This document shows, piece after piece, positions 1 to 13,600 of a stretch of 64,000 bases of DNA. How positions within the stretch are numbered: position 1 is the first letter of the stretch; each line of letters begins with the position of its first letter. Where the stretch lies: positions 682,001-746,000 of the forward strand of contig JASANG010003752.1 in NCBI GenBank assembly GCA_030248215.1, given 5' to 3'. The translations under genes and the position numbers were made by a program. Below the pieces are notes generated by a model that was not told the DNA's origin, searched no databases, and saw only the letters and a list, made by a program, of their open reading frames with translations. This DNA is from Enoplolaimus lenunculus. Taxonomy: Eukaryota.

Positions 1-629
1 ATAGACTAATTTGTTTGCTTGGCTTAGGCTTAGGAATATGCTCATTCTTACGCTTAGGCATTTAGGCTTAGAATTAGAAATATGCTTATAATACTGGTCC
101 GCCCCTGTTCTTTACTTGGCCAAAAATTTCAACCTTGCTTGTAAACTAATTGAATATTGTTTAATGCCCCTTACCTCCTCCTAGCAAGGTGAGCTGGCTG
201 CAGACCCGCAAAACAGTAACCAGTTCAGGTGTTTGGACAGTTTGCAATCAGAGGTAAAATAAATCTCAGCCAACTTGGCAGACCTTAATACTGTACCATG
301 ATGTTCAAATAGTCACCGTGAAACTATTACTTCGCGACAAACCAGCTTTGAAGTTCTTGCAGCGTGGACACAGTTACAAGTCGCTTGACTTTCTTGCACT
401 TGCATTTTGATAGGTCGAACAAAAAAACCGGTGTTCCGGTATCAAATAACGGTAGGTAAATTCAGAACCCAAATTTCACAAGAATTTCAGAAATAACCAG
501 AAGTCCGTTTAAATCCTGGTTACAATGCTATTTTATATTTAAAAATGCTCGCGTGAAGAGAACGCAATAAATATTGATTTGCAAGCAGCAGGTTTGGATA
601 TATCTTAACATTTCGATTATCAAATAATA

Positions 630-839
630 GGCCGCCGTTTCTTTAAGGAGCGCAACAGCAGTATAAGCATATTCCTAAACCTAAGGTTCAGCATAAGAAT
701 ACGCATATTCCTAAACCTAAGCCTCAGCATAAGAATAACTCTATAACGAAACCGAAGTACGCAAAAAATAGTGTAAAGATTAAACTTACTCTAGTATTGT
801 CCATCGAAAAAAATGTTCGCCCATCAAAGAACATGGGCC
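630..839 (-). mobile_element. TTAGGC-carrying MITE (GGCC termini, 8-bp TSD; Merlin-like)
   Basis: GGCC...GGCC termini flanked by a perfect aaataata duplication (622-629 and 840-847); internal cctaag/gcctaa units. Confidence 0.75.
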
Positions 840-3027
840 AAATAATAATTTCAAACAACCTTAAATGCGTTCCGAAAAATGGAAGTACTACGCATAGCAA
901 TCCTATTAATATCTCACAACAGTTCACCGGAATTAGATGGTTGGACGAACCTTGATTCATTAACGTAAATTATAGAATTGGAATTAATAACTTTGTTGTC
1001 AAGAAGTTTCTATTAAAACAAATTGTTCATTGCTATAGACTACGGCTACAGAACAGTTTCAGACACAAACTCGGCAACTTTATACAATTTTTCTGTTATA
1101 AGATGAAAGTCAGAAAGTACAGAAACAAAAAAATTTCACCGCAGTAATATAATAATTGTTCCTTGCCAGATACCACATGACATAATATTCAAATGTCACA
1201 AGAAGATTAGAAAGTTCGTTAAGAAAAAGTATTAAAGCCGACTGTAAGAAGAAACATAAATGACAAACTCCAAAACAACCTAAAATTATTATGCCGAGGT
1301 GCAATTCGCATCCGAGTTGCGTTAATATTTCTACTCATATATTGATCAAAAAAGCTACCAATAGAAAAAAATCGATATTCACTGCATGAACATGTGCATG
1401 CAGTATATGACAATTATCAATAACTGCAATTTTTTATACAAAAATTTTTACATTCCCACTTTTAAAAAGCTATTATAATATTCGGAAACACGGCAGAAAA
1501 CATCCGATATCCCAATAGTTCATAATGAATCCTGATACCGGTTTCTCTGGTATCACACCGGATCAGTACATCCGGTATCTGCCTAAGCATAAAGTCAAAT
1601 TCAACATTGCATATTTACACCACTAATCTTAATCTACTTGTAGCAATCGTCCTTCACAGCTTCAAGTTTCAAATTTGCAGGCTAAATTCTCCCACTGGAA
1701 AAATCCATACACGTTTAGCTCTCCACTCGAAAAATGCCCTTGGATTGAAATAAAATTTTTAAAAGCGAAAAGACAAAAAGGTGTTGTAAGCATAGCACCA
1801 CCTATAAGCTGCGAAGCAGCAAAATTAACCAAAAATTTACAAAACAGACAAAATTTGCGAAAAATTTAAAATTTTCACCTCCTAATTTTTATCTCAGAGA
1901 GTTTGTCAAAAGCCACCCCAAGCTTATAAAATCCCGGAGTGGAACCTAGGGGCACCTCAAATAAAACCCCCACTGATGATTGGGCTATTGAAATGCCAAA
2001 AACAATAATTGCTCAGCTCAAATACCTTTCACAATACTTGGCCTACAAGAAAATCGAAACATCAGCAAAAACATACACTTACGAATTCAATAAGTATCGA
2101 ACAAAAGTGAAGACACCGCACATTGCACATGCACATATATAATCGTAGATAAAAGAAAATTTCCAAAAATCCATTGGACAAAATGTTAATATTGTCCAGA
2201 ACGTTAACGTGCCTCATAAAAAGAACATTAGATATCACTTATAGAGTTTCCAAACACAAATCTAAAAGAGTATGTTTTCTGTAGATGGGAAATTTTGTCG
2301 GCTATAAGCAGGGTACAACCGGAATTCCGGTCCGGTATTTTTTCGCCTTCCGGTTCCGGTAAATTTTTTACCGGAATTGAAAAATCCGGTATTAAAATTT
2401 TGTAGGTGGAATTTAAGATAATTTACTAAAAAATGACAGTAAAAATTTAATAGATTTCATTCGTATAGCACATAAACCTTGACATTCGCGGTTCCAATTC
2501 CAGCATTTTTTCACTTTCCGGTTCCGGTTAAGGTAAATTTTTACCGGAATTAAAATTTGGTCCGTGAGAATTAAGATATTTTACTGCAAATCACGATAAC
2601 AATTAAATAGATTTCATTAGTATAGTATGCAAACCTTTTCAATCGCCAAAAATGAACCATCGAAAGTAGATTTCGCTTCTTTGGATTATGAAAATCAAAA
2701 ATACGGCAAATAAAGCGAGCACCTATTTCCCACTAGCGTTATTTTCCCAATAATATTCCAAAAAAGAAAATTAAAATGAATTTTTCGGTGGTAAGTATTT
2801 TTCGTTTTCTGGTTGTGGTTCCGGTTCCGTTTCTGGTAACTTTGTTGTAATTCCGGTGGCACCTTGGAAACGACATATTAAAATACCAAATGTTCTTTGT
2901 AATTCTTTGCAGAGTAGGATAATATTTTGAGCCACGATCAAGAAATAGTCGATGCAAGGCACCTATTTTACCGAATTATGCGAGAAAACAATCATTAAAA
3001 TGTAAAAATATTTGTGAATTCGTTACA

Positions 3028-3318
3028 TCATTGATTTGGATTTTGAGCCACAATCAAATAATAGTCTTTATCTGGTGCGATCATAAGCTCATGCTTCTTC
3101 GATCTGATACGTAGAAATGACAGGTCATCCGCACTGTCCAGTTCGCTCACAACATGTGCAGCTTTTTCAGTCAGTTGTTGCAAAAGGCTGGCATAATGTA
3201 CGGTAGTTTGCGTATCGAATGTGGATCTAATTGCCCGCCCTTCTTTATCAATAATTAAAACACCTATCACACCTTTCTGACCTTGAATTCGTTTAATCGT
3301 TTCCTCGACTTCTGCCAT
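3028..3318 (-). CDS. DYNLRB: Dynein light chain roadblock-type (LC7), single coding exon, 96 aa
   Basis: Translation [35 protein letters not shown]...[33 protein letters not shown] matches the roadblock/LC7 family. The ATG at 3318 gives the conserved MAEVEET start; an in-frame upstream ATG exists at 3333. Confidence 0.95.
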   Translation of the reverse strand: MAEVEETIKRIQGQKGVIGVLIIDKEGRAIRSTFDTQTTVHYASLLQQLTEKAAHVVSELDSADDLSFLRIRSKKHELMIAPDKDYYLIVAQNPNQ

Positions 3319-3429
3319 GTCTATTAAAGTCATTGAGAACTGATGAGAAGGTTTATATAATACTGTAAATAACTGTAATACAAAGTAGTTTCTAAAAACA
3401 TTAAAATAGAAATATTTTAATGATTAGGG

Positions 3430-3730
3430 CAGGTGCTGTGCCCCGAACATCTATCAATCGACTTTATGACTGAAAGAACTCTTCTACAAATAGGTTGGAA
3501 AACTGTGTGGGACCAATTCAGTCACATCCAAATAGTGATATTGATCGAACCAGTCCGACATATGACAACAGTCTGGTCCACAGGATGTTGTGGCATCGAG
3601 GGCAGAATCCCTTAGTCCGGCATGTCGCGGAGCGTTTCAATGATTAACAAAATCACGATCAAAATATTGCTGCACTGGTTATGTCATGCCTGCGTTTTAC
3701 GGCCCAATGTTTGGTCCAGGGTCACAGTAC
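3430..3730 (-). pseudogene. Possible highly decayed LTR-retrotransposon (BEL/Pao-like) integrase fragment
   Basis: Minus-strand translation across frameshifts and stops gives RRHDIT..H*NAPRHAGL...PTQFSNL..SFSHKVD..FG, loosely recalling the HHCC region and the PFxxxGVDYxGP motif. This is a weak match made by eye. Confidence 0.25.
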
Positions 3731-6722
3731 GGACAACACCCTTTTGTGTGATCCGTTCCACGACACTAATGCCAGGATTAAGCGGCATAGCACGTTGCTC
3801 TGTACAACGGTATGTAGCATACAATTTATGCCTGTCCAGTGCATGGTTTTTGTGCCTTCAGCAGTCGTTTCGCTATTCAGCGGCAAAAGAACCTCGTACT
3901 CAAAGAACCCAGACTTGTTATATTGACGTCTCTGTTTGCCTGTCTTTACATGTACTTTACGTATAAATGACATACGCAGACACATATCTGTCTGTCAGCA
4001 AAAGTAGGATCTGTCAGTACTCAGGAACCTAAAAGAGAGTTTAGGGCACAAGCTACACTACTGTGTGTTCAAGTCACCGAATTGTAAGGTCGGCGCACGG
4101 TGCCAAATAATGATAATGTAGGGAAATTCGATAACACAGAATAGTACGAATGGCTTGCCCGGTATCCGAGTTACTAACTCGCACTAGCTATGTAAATACA
4201 AGCTGAGCAATTTTTCGTTCTTGCTTTTCTCTACCAAGCGTAATAATTATAGTCAATGCACAAACGAACGCCAAACAACTATGGTACAACCTAAGATTCA
4301 TCCAAGACGTAAGACTGTTATTTATAATATACGGTTAAGAATATACATTAAACGGATCGGCTAGTTTATCTGATGAATAATACTATTTTTATTAGCTTGC
4401 GGAAACTCCAAGATTTCGGACACCACAATCTATAGCCAACACAGTTCGACAGCTATCCTCAATCGGTTCTATTAACGAGGGATTTACACTGCAAGATGCA
4501 AAATTAAAAGTGTATTTCCCCGGTTTCTTCAATAATGTTGAACAAGAAAGTGTAAACTGTATTGCTGCCGGAAAATGTTACGTAAACAAGCAGGCTGGCA
4601 TTCCGGTTTCAGAGTATTACGCTTGGTTAAAGTTTCAGCCAGGATCAGCACTCCGTCGAAATCCTAACAAAACAATCCGTGTTACATTTATGTAAAAATG
4701 CTTGAGAGAATAGATCGCAAAAATATTTATTTGCAAGCAACAGGTTTGGATATATATTAGTGTTGTGCATCGGCTAAGAACCGGGGCCAGTAGTTGCTTA
4801 TCACAGAAAGTTATGCAAAATTTTGTGACAGTATATAAGGAATAATAATGAAATCGAATTTTCATCTCTAGTTTTTGCCACCGGTCAAGGAGAATTTGGA
4901 AAAGTAAAAAATTTATAGCTTGGTATAACATATAAATCAAGTTTGTTTAGGCTTAATTTCTTTATTTGTTAGAGCTAATGAGTCGTGCCTACAGTTTCAG
5001 AATGGATAAAAAATCGCTGCCGCGATATGGCAGAAATATATAGGTATACCTAATGTAAATAGAGCCCCAGGCAAAATTGTAGGTGTTCTGAAACCGAACA
5101 CAAAATTTTAACTAAATTTCTAAGTTCAAACGGGTCGAGTCGACACCTGAAACTCCTCTGGTTTCGCCTTTGGTTATTGTATATAAATAAATTTTTACGA
5201 GGCTAACGCGACCGTAATCCGCTGCGATTTCCAGGCACTCTAAACAAAATGGAGGGGGAGGGGCTGCTGCATTCAAGCCCACCGCGCTAAGCGATTCTCA
5301 CACTAACAAACACCGGAAACATATATATCTTTTTAAAATTTTAGTTTTTAGTAAAAAGAATTAAAATCCGAAACAGGAGGCAGTTGACATCTGAATCCCC
5401 CTGGATACGTCTCTGTTTATGGTGTATAAAATAAATTTATACGTAAGCAGGTGCGCTTCGCTTTGGTTGCTGGTTTACGTACGCTGTGCTCCTATTGTTG
5501 TCGCTGAACAGCAGGACCGCCCTCAGCGTAATACGGGCCAATATTTTAATCACTAAACGTTTCGTCGCATGAAATGCATGAAGGGAGAGCGATCTGCAAT
5601 ATTTTGCATAAAGATTGTGGTGTAAGAAAATATTTAGAAGCAATACAGTAAACTGTCTTCTACTAAATTCTGTATTCAAACCTCTGTCAGAATATTGAAG
5701 TATATAAATTCTTGACGATTTTTTGTAAGTAGTTTTTCTTTTTTTCGGTTTATATTGTGTGTATATAAAAGTTACAGTTGTTTGACTTCAGTCCTTTTCC
5801 CAATCGTAGGTGCTGCCAGAATAGTTTTTATAATTCAGCATGATACTAAAAACATTTCTTTTCTTATATCTTGTTGGACACTGTCATAAAGGCTCGGTTT
5901 TGCAGTGGACCTTTTGTATGAAAAGTAGTTTAGCGTTCGAATGTTTCGTCGTTTGAGTTTTGAGATAAATTTGGTATACTTAAGATGGCGTTATACTTTT
6001 TATGACGTCCGGCACTGTCAATCACCGTATGGCACTTCACCGCAAAGCACAAGAATTCTACATGGTATCGCATAACAATTCATAAAAAATTTTTTACTTG
6101 CAGTGCCGTACGACGGCGCTGGACGTCACGCGCGACAAGTAGGGCGCTATCCTTATCTTTTCAAATTTAAAATTTTTCTACCGCTTACAAAATTTATGTG
6201 CTGACAGTTAACATATATGTTTATGTTATAGTTGCCCGTTTACGCAATAAACAACATCGTTTGTTTGATGAAAAAGCTTCTTAGTAGTTTGGTTCTTATG
6301 TTTAACCAAAAGTGATTCAATAATTAATAAAACGAGGTGCACTAAATCAGTCATCCAACGCAAAACATGACGCAATTCAACTCAGCGCGTTACGTTTACG
6401 CAGTAACATATATGAAAAAAATATAGATGTCTGATTCTGTTCTAAATGCATTTTTGGTTCCGCAGTAGTCCACAAAAGATCACAAAATGTGAAAGTATAT
6501 ATATTCAAGTCTAAAAATTATAATTTAAACTCTAATCATCCGGGGAGGATATGAGATTCTAAATCGCCATTATTTTGTGATATATTAAGACTAGAGCGGG
6601 CCCTGAAGATTTGGACAAATACTTTTAGCAATGTTACAACCAAAACATATTCCAAAGTTTAGATCTCCTCTGCGTAATAAACACATGTCTCAACCAAAGT
6701 TTAAAAGCCTAAGCCCAAGCAA

Positions 6723-7300
6723 AGGGATTTGGGCGCAGCTTTTTTCGCTCGGGATTTTGGAAAATTGGGGTTTCAAGAAATTGGGATATTACCCGGGTAA
6801 TTGGGATTTTGGGAAATTAGGATATTGCCCGAGAATTTGGGATTTTGGGAAATTCGTCTATTACTCGGGAAAATGGAAATTTTGGCGCAACCTTTTTCGC
6901 TCAGGATTTTGCGAAATTGGGACTTTGGGAAATTGGGATATTATCCGTAGATTTGCTGTTTTATGAGCAGCCTTTTTGGCTCGAGACATTGGGAAATTGG
7001 GATTTTGCAAAATTGCGATATTACCCGAGAAATTAGGATTTTGGGAAACTCGTATATTACTCGGGAAAATGGAATTTTGGGTGCAGCCTTTTTTCGCTCA
7101 GGATTTTAGGAAATTGAGACTTTGGGAAATTGTGATTTTACGGGTATAATCGGGAATTTGCAAAATTGGGATATAACCCAGAAAACTGGGATTTGGTAAA
7201 ATTGGGATATTACCCGAGAAATTGGGATTTTCGGTGCAGACTTTTTCGATCGGGATTTTAAGAAATCGGAATCTTGAGAAATGGGGATATTACCCGGGAA
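6723..7300 (+). repeat. Degenerate G-rich minisatellite (gggaaattgggat(a/t)tt...)
   Basis: Dozens of short units such as ttgggaaattgggatattacccg, with higher-order recurrence of gc(g/t)gcagcctttt..cgctc(a/g)ggatttt. Confidence 0.9.
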
Positions 7301-8363
7301 AGTGCGGCGACGGGCGGCGACGTCTGGCGTCGCGCGGCGAGTATATATAGCGCAACTCTACGACTTGAGGCTTGGGTATTTTCCTGCTATGCAAGGTTCG
7401 ACAGGAATTCCGGTGCAGGCAGGGAACTCTGGTATTTTTCACTATCCGGTTTCGGTAATAAATCCGGCATTTTTCACCGGAATTTTCCGGTATTTTTGGT
7501 ATTAAAAATTCTCATTCGAATCTTTAAGAGAAATTTAAATTATCTAAGCGCATACTGTTAGCATTTTCAATTTGTCACAATTTATCTTACGTTTCTCAGC
7601 TGCTGTATTTGTTTCAGAAGTTTGGATTTCCAAATACTATGTTTACAGTTACACCGTTAAAAGCGATAAAATAGCTTTAAAATGAATTTTTTCGGTAAAA
7701 GTGTCCTTTGTTTTCCGGTTCCGGCTTTTGTTCTGGTTGCGGTGTTTTTTAAACGTTCCGGTTCTGGTATTTTATAATTCCAGTTGCACCCTACAGTGTT
7801 GCCACATTTGAAAACTTACCTGCGAGCATATACGACAACAAGGTTTATACACGCAAATAGATGAATCAAAATTCTTAAAAATGGAAGCTAATTCAGCCAG
7901 ATATCAACTTTGCAAACAACGTCTGTCGACGTTGCATGAGTAAGCAGTAAAAGGACTAAAATTTTTAATTTTTCGATGCAACCGCCCCCCCAAACCTTGC
8001 AATCTAAGTTTGAATTCAAGTGTGCAAATCAATTAGCAATAAACCAATCATTTAGGGTCGCAAAACACGTTTATTTTAAACCAACCAATTGTGTTCGTAA
8101 CCACAAAAATAGACAACCAATGAGCACAAAGTCCGGCCTACGAATAACTATAAACAGTAATACGATTCGTCAATTTTTCAATGCAGTATGCCGTTTTTAA
8201 TCTATAATTTTTACCAAAACTGTAATCTTCGCAATCGTGTCGACAATTTAAACACCTAATTTTAAAGCACAACAGGCGTTTTGTGTTTTTGACACAATTC
8301 CTGCTAATAATACAATGTCATTCGGGGATGCGCAGGTTCTGGTTCACAATTATTCTAATCGTA

Positions 8364-8541
8364 CACAGTAAAAATGGTGAGTCAGATTGACTCTCTCCGA
8401 AATAGACTTTTCCTGACTACACAAACTGAGTCAAAATTCGACTCAATTTAACTATGACGGAGTCGAATTTTGACTCAGTTTCTGTAGTCAGGAAAAGCCT
8501 ACTTCGGAGAGAGTCAATTTGACTCACCATTTTTTGCAGTG
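8364..8541. mobile_element. Palindromic MITE family A (CACTG termini, TA TSD; Tc1/mariner-like)
   Basis: Near-complete self-complementarity: TA|cac(a/t)g..aaaatggtgagtca...tgactcaccattttttgcagtg|TA. Other copies are at 12412-12631, 16090-16229, 38074-38228, ~54088-54306 and ~57147-57264. Confidence 0.85.
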
Positions 8542-10145
8542 TAAGGTTTAATCTGGTAATTTTTCAAAGACTCGTTCTGGTTCCCAATTATGCAATCGTA
8601 TTATTCAATCTGGTAATTTTTTTCAACGACTCAAAACGTAAAACAAAGCGCATTCAGCAGTAAGGAGGTGCTGCATAACGCTCGCTCGCACACAATTTTT
8701 TCTATACTTATAGTCTAGGCAGCGCAGAAACGCTTTTGCTTTGTGCATACTGCAAAAATTGCATTGTGCAAAGTGCAAAACATTGAACTTTAGCGTTTTA
8801 TGAGCAACGTATTAATATTTTGCAGTAAAATATTGCACTAAAAACTGCAGTCGTGTTTGATATTCAACGAAGCTTGCCTAATTACTGACAGTTTTAAAAA
8901 CGATAAACGTTCACTCGTATTTTCTGCAAAATTTTAGGTGCGGCAAACATTGCCAAAATTTTCATCATTAATATTAAAAAAGCGAAACTTTTGTATACAG
9001 TAATGCTATCAATCTTTGTGATGTTACTAACTACCAAATACTTCCTTGAATTTATTAATAAGCGTATAATTTTGTGTACAAAATTGTAAAATCTTTCCGA
9101 GAGAAAGTGAAATCGTCATATCAAACTAAACGAAAACTAAATAATTCGATAATTGATGAAGCTAGTAATGACCAAAAGCTTGGCTGACAGCCGATAATCT
9201 TAAACGCATTATTCGTTGAAGATTATGTGTAAGCCAGTGATCAATTTGGCCAAAATTTCGAAGAATACTTGTGGCAAGTTTCCCCCACGCTGTACAAATT
9301 ACCTGTCGTCTGCCCGAATCGCTGCACTAAACAGCCATGTTAACCTTTTCGCTACAATGACTATACCTATCACATTGTTAAGCCTGAACAATGTCTGAAG
9401 CCAATTGTTTGTACATATAATACGCCAATTTTTAATAAGCTGTCGATAATGCTATTCCCTGGACGCCCCTTAAAGTAACATGGGCCCATATGCTTTGACT
9501 GTTTAAGAAATAAATGTTTTTATGCTTATTGCTTTATGATCGAATTTGCTATTAAGCTTTATCGCGTGGTGAACAGCAATTTAACCAATAGTAATTGTGA
9601 TCGTTTAAGTCTTCTAAATACGAAGGCTGTATAAACATACAGCAAGTTTCTAACTTTTGTCCCTCTAAATAATGAACTAAACTAATTCACCACAAACAGT
9701 TAAAGTTTCAAAGCCGTTTCATTTTACCGAAACAGTAACTTTGAAAGAGCTTAAATTCATTAGGTTAGCTAAAAATGAAATTGTAACAAAATTTTGCTTA
9801 ACGTTTAAAATGGTTGATATGCAGCTTACGACCAAATTCCGTTAATCCATCGCGGCCGTTGCAGTAAAAAAATGTAAAACATTTTGAAAATGGGATCGAT
9901 GCTTATCAATTTGTTTTAATTTTTCTCGTCAAATTTAAAATAGCTTCAGGCGACTTGGTTGTATGTTAAAAACGGCTCTTTTTGCTTGTTAATGTTTCAG
10001 CAATGCTTTTTATTACATGGAAATTTTTGCAATACTGCAGAATCGCTTTTAACTTGCAAGTTACTTTAAGTGTTTTCGCCAAAATTTACTCGATAATATC
10101 GTCAAGTATATCAGTAGAATGTCCATTGTTAAGTACACCAAACCA

Positions 10146-10257
10146 AATATATACATATATAAATATATATATTTATATATATTTTTATATATAAATATAT
10201 ATAGATATATATAAATATATATTTATATATTTATATATAAATATATATTTATATATA
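10146..10257. repeat. AT-rich (TA)n-like low-complexity tract
   Basis: Directly visible; similar tracts at ~19938-20040, ~25697-25759 and ~47658-47716. Confidence 0.9.
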
Positions 10258-10674
10258 GTTTCATACAGCGAGCTAAATTGTTTTTAAAATTAATCGTTTT
10301 GAATTAATCTAGCGGCAGTCTTTTAAAAAGTTTCAAGGCAAACTTTTTATACCAATTATGCATTGTTTTACTGCCCGCAATTTGAGCATTTTTGACTAAA
10401 GTTTCACACTGCATGCTGTGAGTATAACTCTACTTTAATTAAATACTAAAATTTTATCGAGCGAAAATTTGCCATCATTTCGTTGTGTTGGTTGGTAGAA
10501 GTATTTAAAGTTGACGGTTGCAATTGCACGTATCACATTGTTGCCTGGACCAGTTGCTGATATTGTGTCGTTTTAGGAGAGTTTATACGAGTTGAACTGT
10601 TTTAGTAATAATTTAACACCACTTAGTGTGTGTGCAACCTACTGCATCGTGAAGATATAGAGTGACAGGGCCCA

Positions 10675-13600
10675 ATGGGTGAATTCGAAGAAGCTTTGAA
10701 GCAAAGTAAGTCGATGGATTCAAATTCGAATAAAACACGTAGTTCTAATATTAGTAGCGTTCCGGTTCAAAACTATACTGGCCTGGGTACTGGGCATAAG
10801 TATGAGCCTAAATCTAAACTTAACTAATGTGATCATCGAGTTTTACGCTGACAAGAATGCAGAATTCCCGGAAGAACCAGACTAAGGAAGTCAAGTCAGG
10901 CACGTCTCCGTATTTCTGTTGATAACTAAAGGTTAAATTGGTATGATGAGTCCTTTTCGAAACCAGAATCCTGGCTACACCAATATCAGGTTTACAATTA
11001 AATGCTATAAAACGAAATATTTTGTTTCCAGGCCGCTCGCAACAGTTGCGGCTGGTTGCATTTATTGCGACAACGCTTAGCACCGTCGCAGTAACAGCAT
11101 GTCTGATTACGTTTCCAATGGTAATCAGCTACGTTCAAACGTTACAAGCTGAAATTGATGGTGAAGTTACGTACTGTATGGTAAGAGTTTGATCCCTCTG
11201 TTCAGTTGGAATTTATTACTTTTGCTAGGAAAAATGAGAGAAAACATTTCACTTGAACTGATGCATAGTTGACCGATGACAAATGAAAAATTTTAAGCAA
11301 ACTAAAAAATTAATGTATAGATTCTATTTAGTGAACAAAATGAAATTTGCTTTAGGGTACAAAGCGTAAAGCCCTATTCACACGTGCAAGTTTTTCTGCG
11401 AGAACTTGCCGCGGCAAATTGCACGCAGAACTTGGCGGCAATAGGTTCAGTGAACTGGAATGCTTGTTCACACATGTGAACTAAAATTTCTAGTTATAAT
11501 TTTTAATGAATTATTTGAAGCTGCAAGTTTTTCGAACGGGCTTTTGGATAAAACATGCAAGTGCAAGTTGCATCCGCAAGATTTTGCAGCAAAAACTTGC
11601 ACGTGTGTATAGAGTTTAATATTTTGTACTGTAAAACACACTTTGGAACGACCTTCATTAATTGAAAATATTTCCATTAAATGCTACTACAGAATTGCTT
11701 CGATAAAATTCATATGTACAGATTGGATCTCAACTTTTACACTCCAATTACCTTTGGCATTGTTGCGTATATTTGTTACCGACGAAATTTAGAAAAGTCT
11801 ACTAAAACCAAACGGACGTTACCATTTTATAACAAAAAACTTCTGACAGGGGAGGCATGCCCTCCCTCCCCGCCATGCGTCTGGTTCCGCTATGGAACGC
11901 ATTATATATACACTTTTTTCCCATTTTAATGCGATATAATTAGAGTCGTAGCCAACTGGTCGACAACATACCTTCAAGTTTAGCTTTACGTTGACTTTAC
12001 AAGACTAAAAGTGTAGCTAAACAGGTTTATAGATAACGATAATTTAGTTGTATTTCTAGGGCAAATCGCGTGACATTGTCCGCCGTATGGCAGAACTCGC
12101 TCAAACCGACGACAAAACAGAAGGCTCAACGATGGCTCGTCTTGTGAGCATTTTGAACGCAGCGGATCCGAATGTGAAAACGGAACATTTCTTGCAGAAA
12201 CGTCAAGCGTTCGACTTTTCTTGTAAGAATTTATATACATCGCTCAAAGTGTTTCAAATGAATACGAGTTTAAAATATAAATCTTAACGCGGTGTGTAAA
12301 CACCCGAAATTATCAAATGAGTTTGGACGTCTGAATTAATCCCAATGCAAAGACGAATATATTATTTGGATGCATTTTGTTGCTGGATTAGATATTTTCA
12401 GCAGAACTCTACACTGCAAAGCATGGTGAGTCCGATTGACTCTCTCCGAAATAGGCTTTGCCGGACTCCATAAACTGAGTCAAATTCGACTCCGCCTGAG
12501 TCAAATTCGACTCACTGAGCGATTCATTGAGTCGAATTTGACTCTGGCGGAGTCGAATTTTGACTCCTTCTGTGTAGTCCAGAAAAGCCTATTTCGGAGA
12601 GAGTCAATTTGACTCACCATTTTTTGCAGTGTATTAGTAATTGATTTGCATAACGAAACCTGAGTGTCTCAATTTAATGCTTCTAATTAAGGCTTTTTGC
12701 CTTTTCATAGTATGCATCGGTACAATATTTAAAGCTGCCTAGTCCAGTGTCACGGAACGTTTATTGATCTATATTGATCACGATTATGGGTTAATAAATA
12801 ACATTTTTGGACTCGCCATGCTTAATTTTGGCTTATATTAATTTTTTATGTTACTTTCAGTTTTCCAAAAAGTCCGCTGAACAAGAATCTCTTTAATTTG
12901 TTCGTCTGCATAAATTGGCATTTTGCATCGGTTTGAAACTAATTTGTAAATCCATGCAGAATGGTTAATGATTTTATCGTCAAATATTATAGGCTGTACC
13001 TGCCACCGTGGCCTTCCAGGACCTCCAGGACATGATGGTCGCGATGGTCGAGACGGCGTTGATGGTGATATGGGCCGACCAGGAGAAAATGGCCGACCTG
13101 CAACCTTTACTTTGCCGGATCCAGTTTTCCCACCACAGTGCCCGTGCGAAGCTGATCAAGGACCCCAAGGTCCACAAGGACCTAAAGGCTCGCCAGGCAA
13201 TCCCGGCCGAGATGGAACTCCCGGCGAACGAGGCGCCGATGGCCCACCTGGTCCACCAGGGCCACAAGGACCGCTTGGCAGCATTGGTCAACCTGGACCT
13301 AAAGGTCGACCTGGACCTGCTGGCAGTTTGCGAGATGTCACCGGCCCACCAGGTCCTCCAGGCCCACCTGGACGACCTGGACCACCAGGACCACCAGGCA
13401 AAGCTGGAGATCGAGGCCGAGATGGTGCCACTGGCTCTATTGGTATGTTTTTGCTTTTATTATACACTGTAATGATAGCATTAACAAAAACAGCAGCAAA
13501 CTAAGTTGTGGTGTAAATAATAAACTGTTTTCGGCCTCAGAGTTTATTTTTAGTCCATTTTCACCACTGCAAGCTAACTGTTATTTTGGTGCGTACAGTT

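Noticed and set aside
1..121. True chromosome end at the window start
   Set aside because: The TTAGGC units are degenerate and followed by the MITE right-hand TIR, so this is an interstitial element cut by the window edge.
6631..7561. ORFs with repeated WDFGKLGY-like motifs; CRISPR-like appearance
   Set aside because: This is a degenerate minisatellite without unique spacers in a eukaryotic context with no cas genes.
12980..13472. Alternative-frame and antisense ORFs over the collagen exons (also 22183-22800)
   Set aside because: They are shadows of Gly-X-Y codon periodicity.
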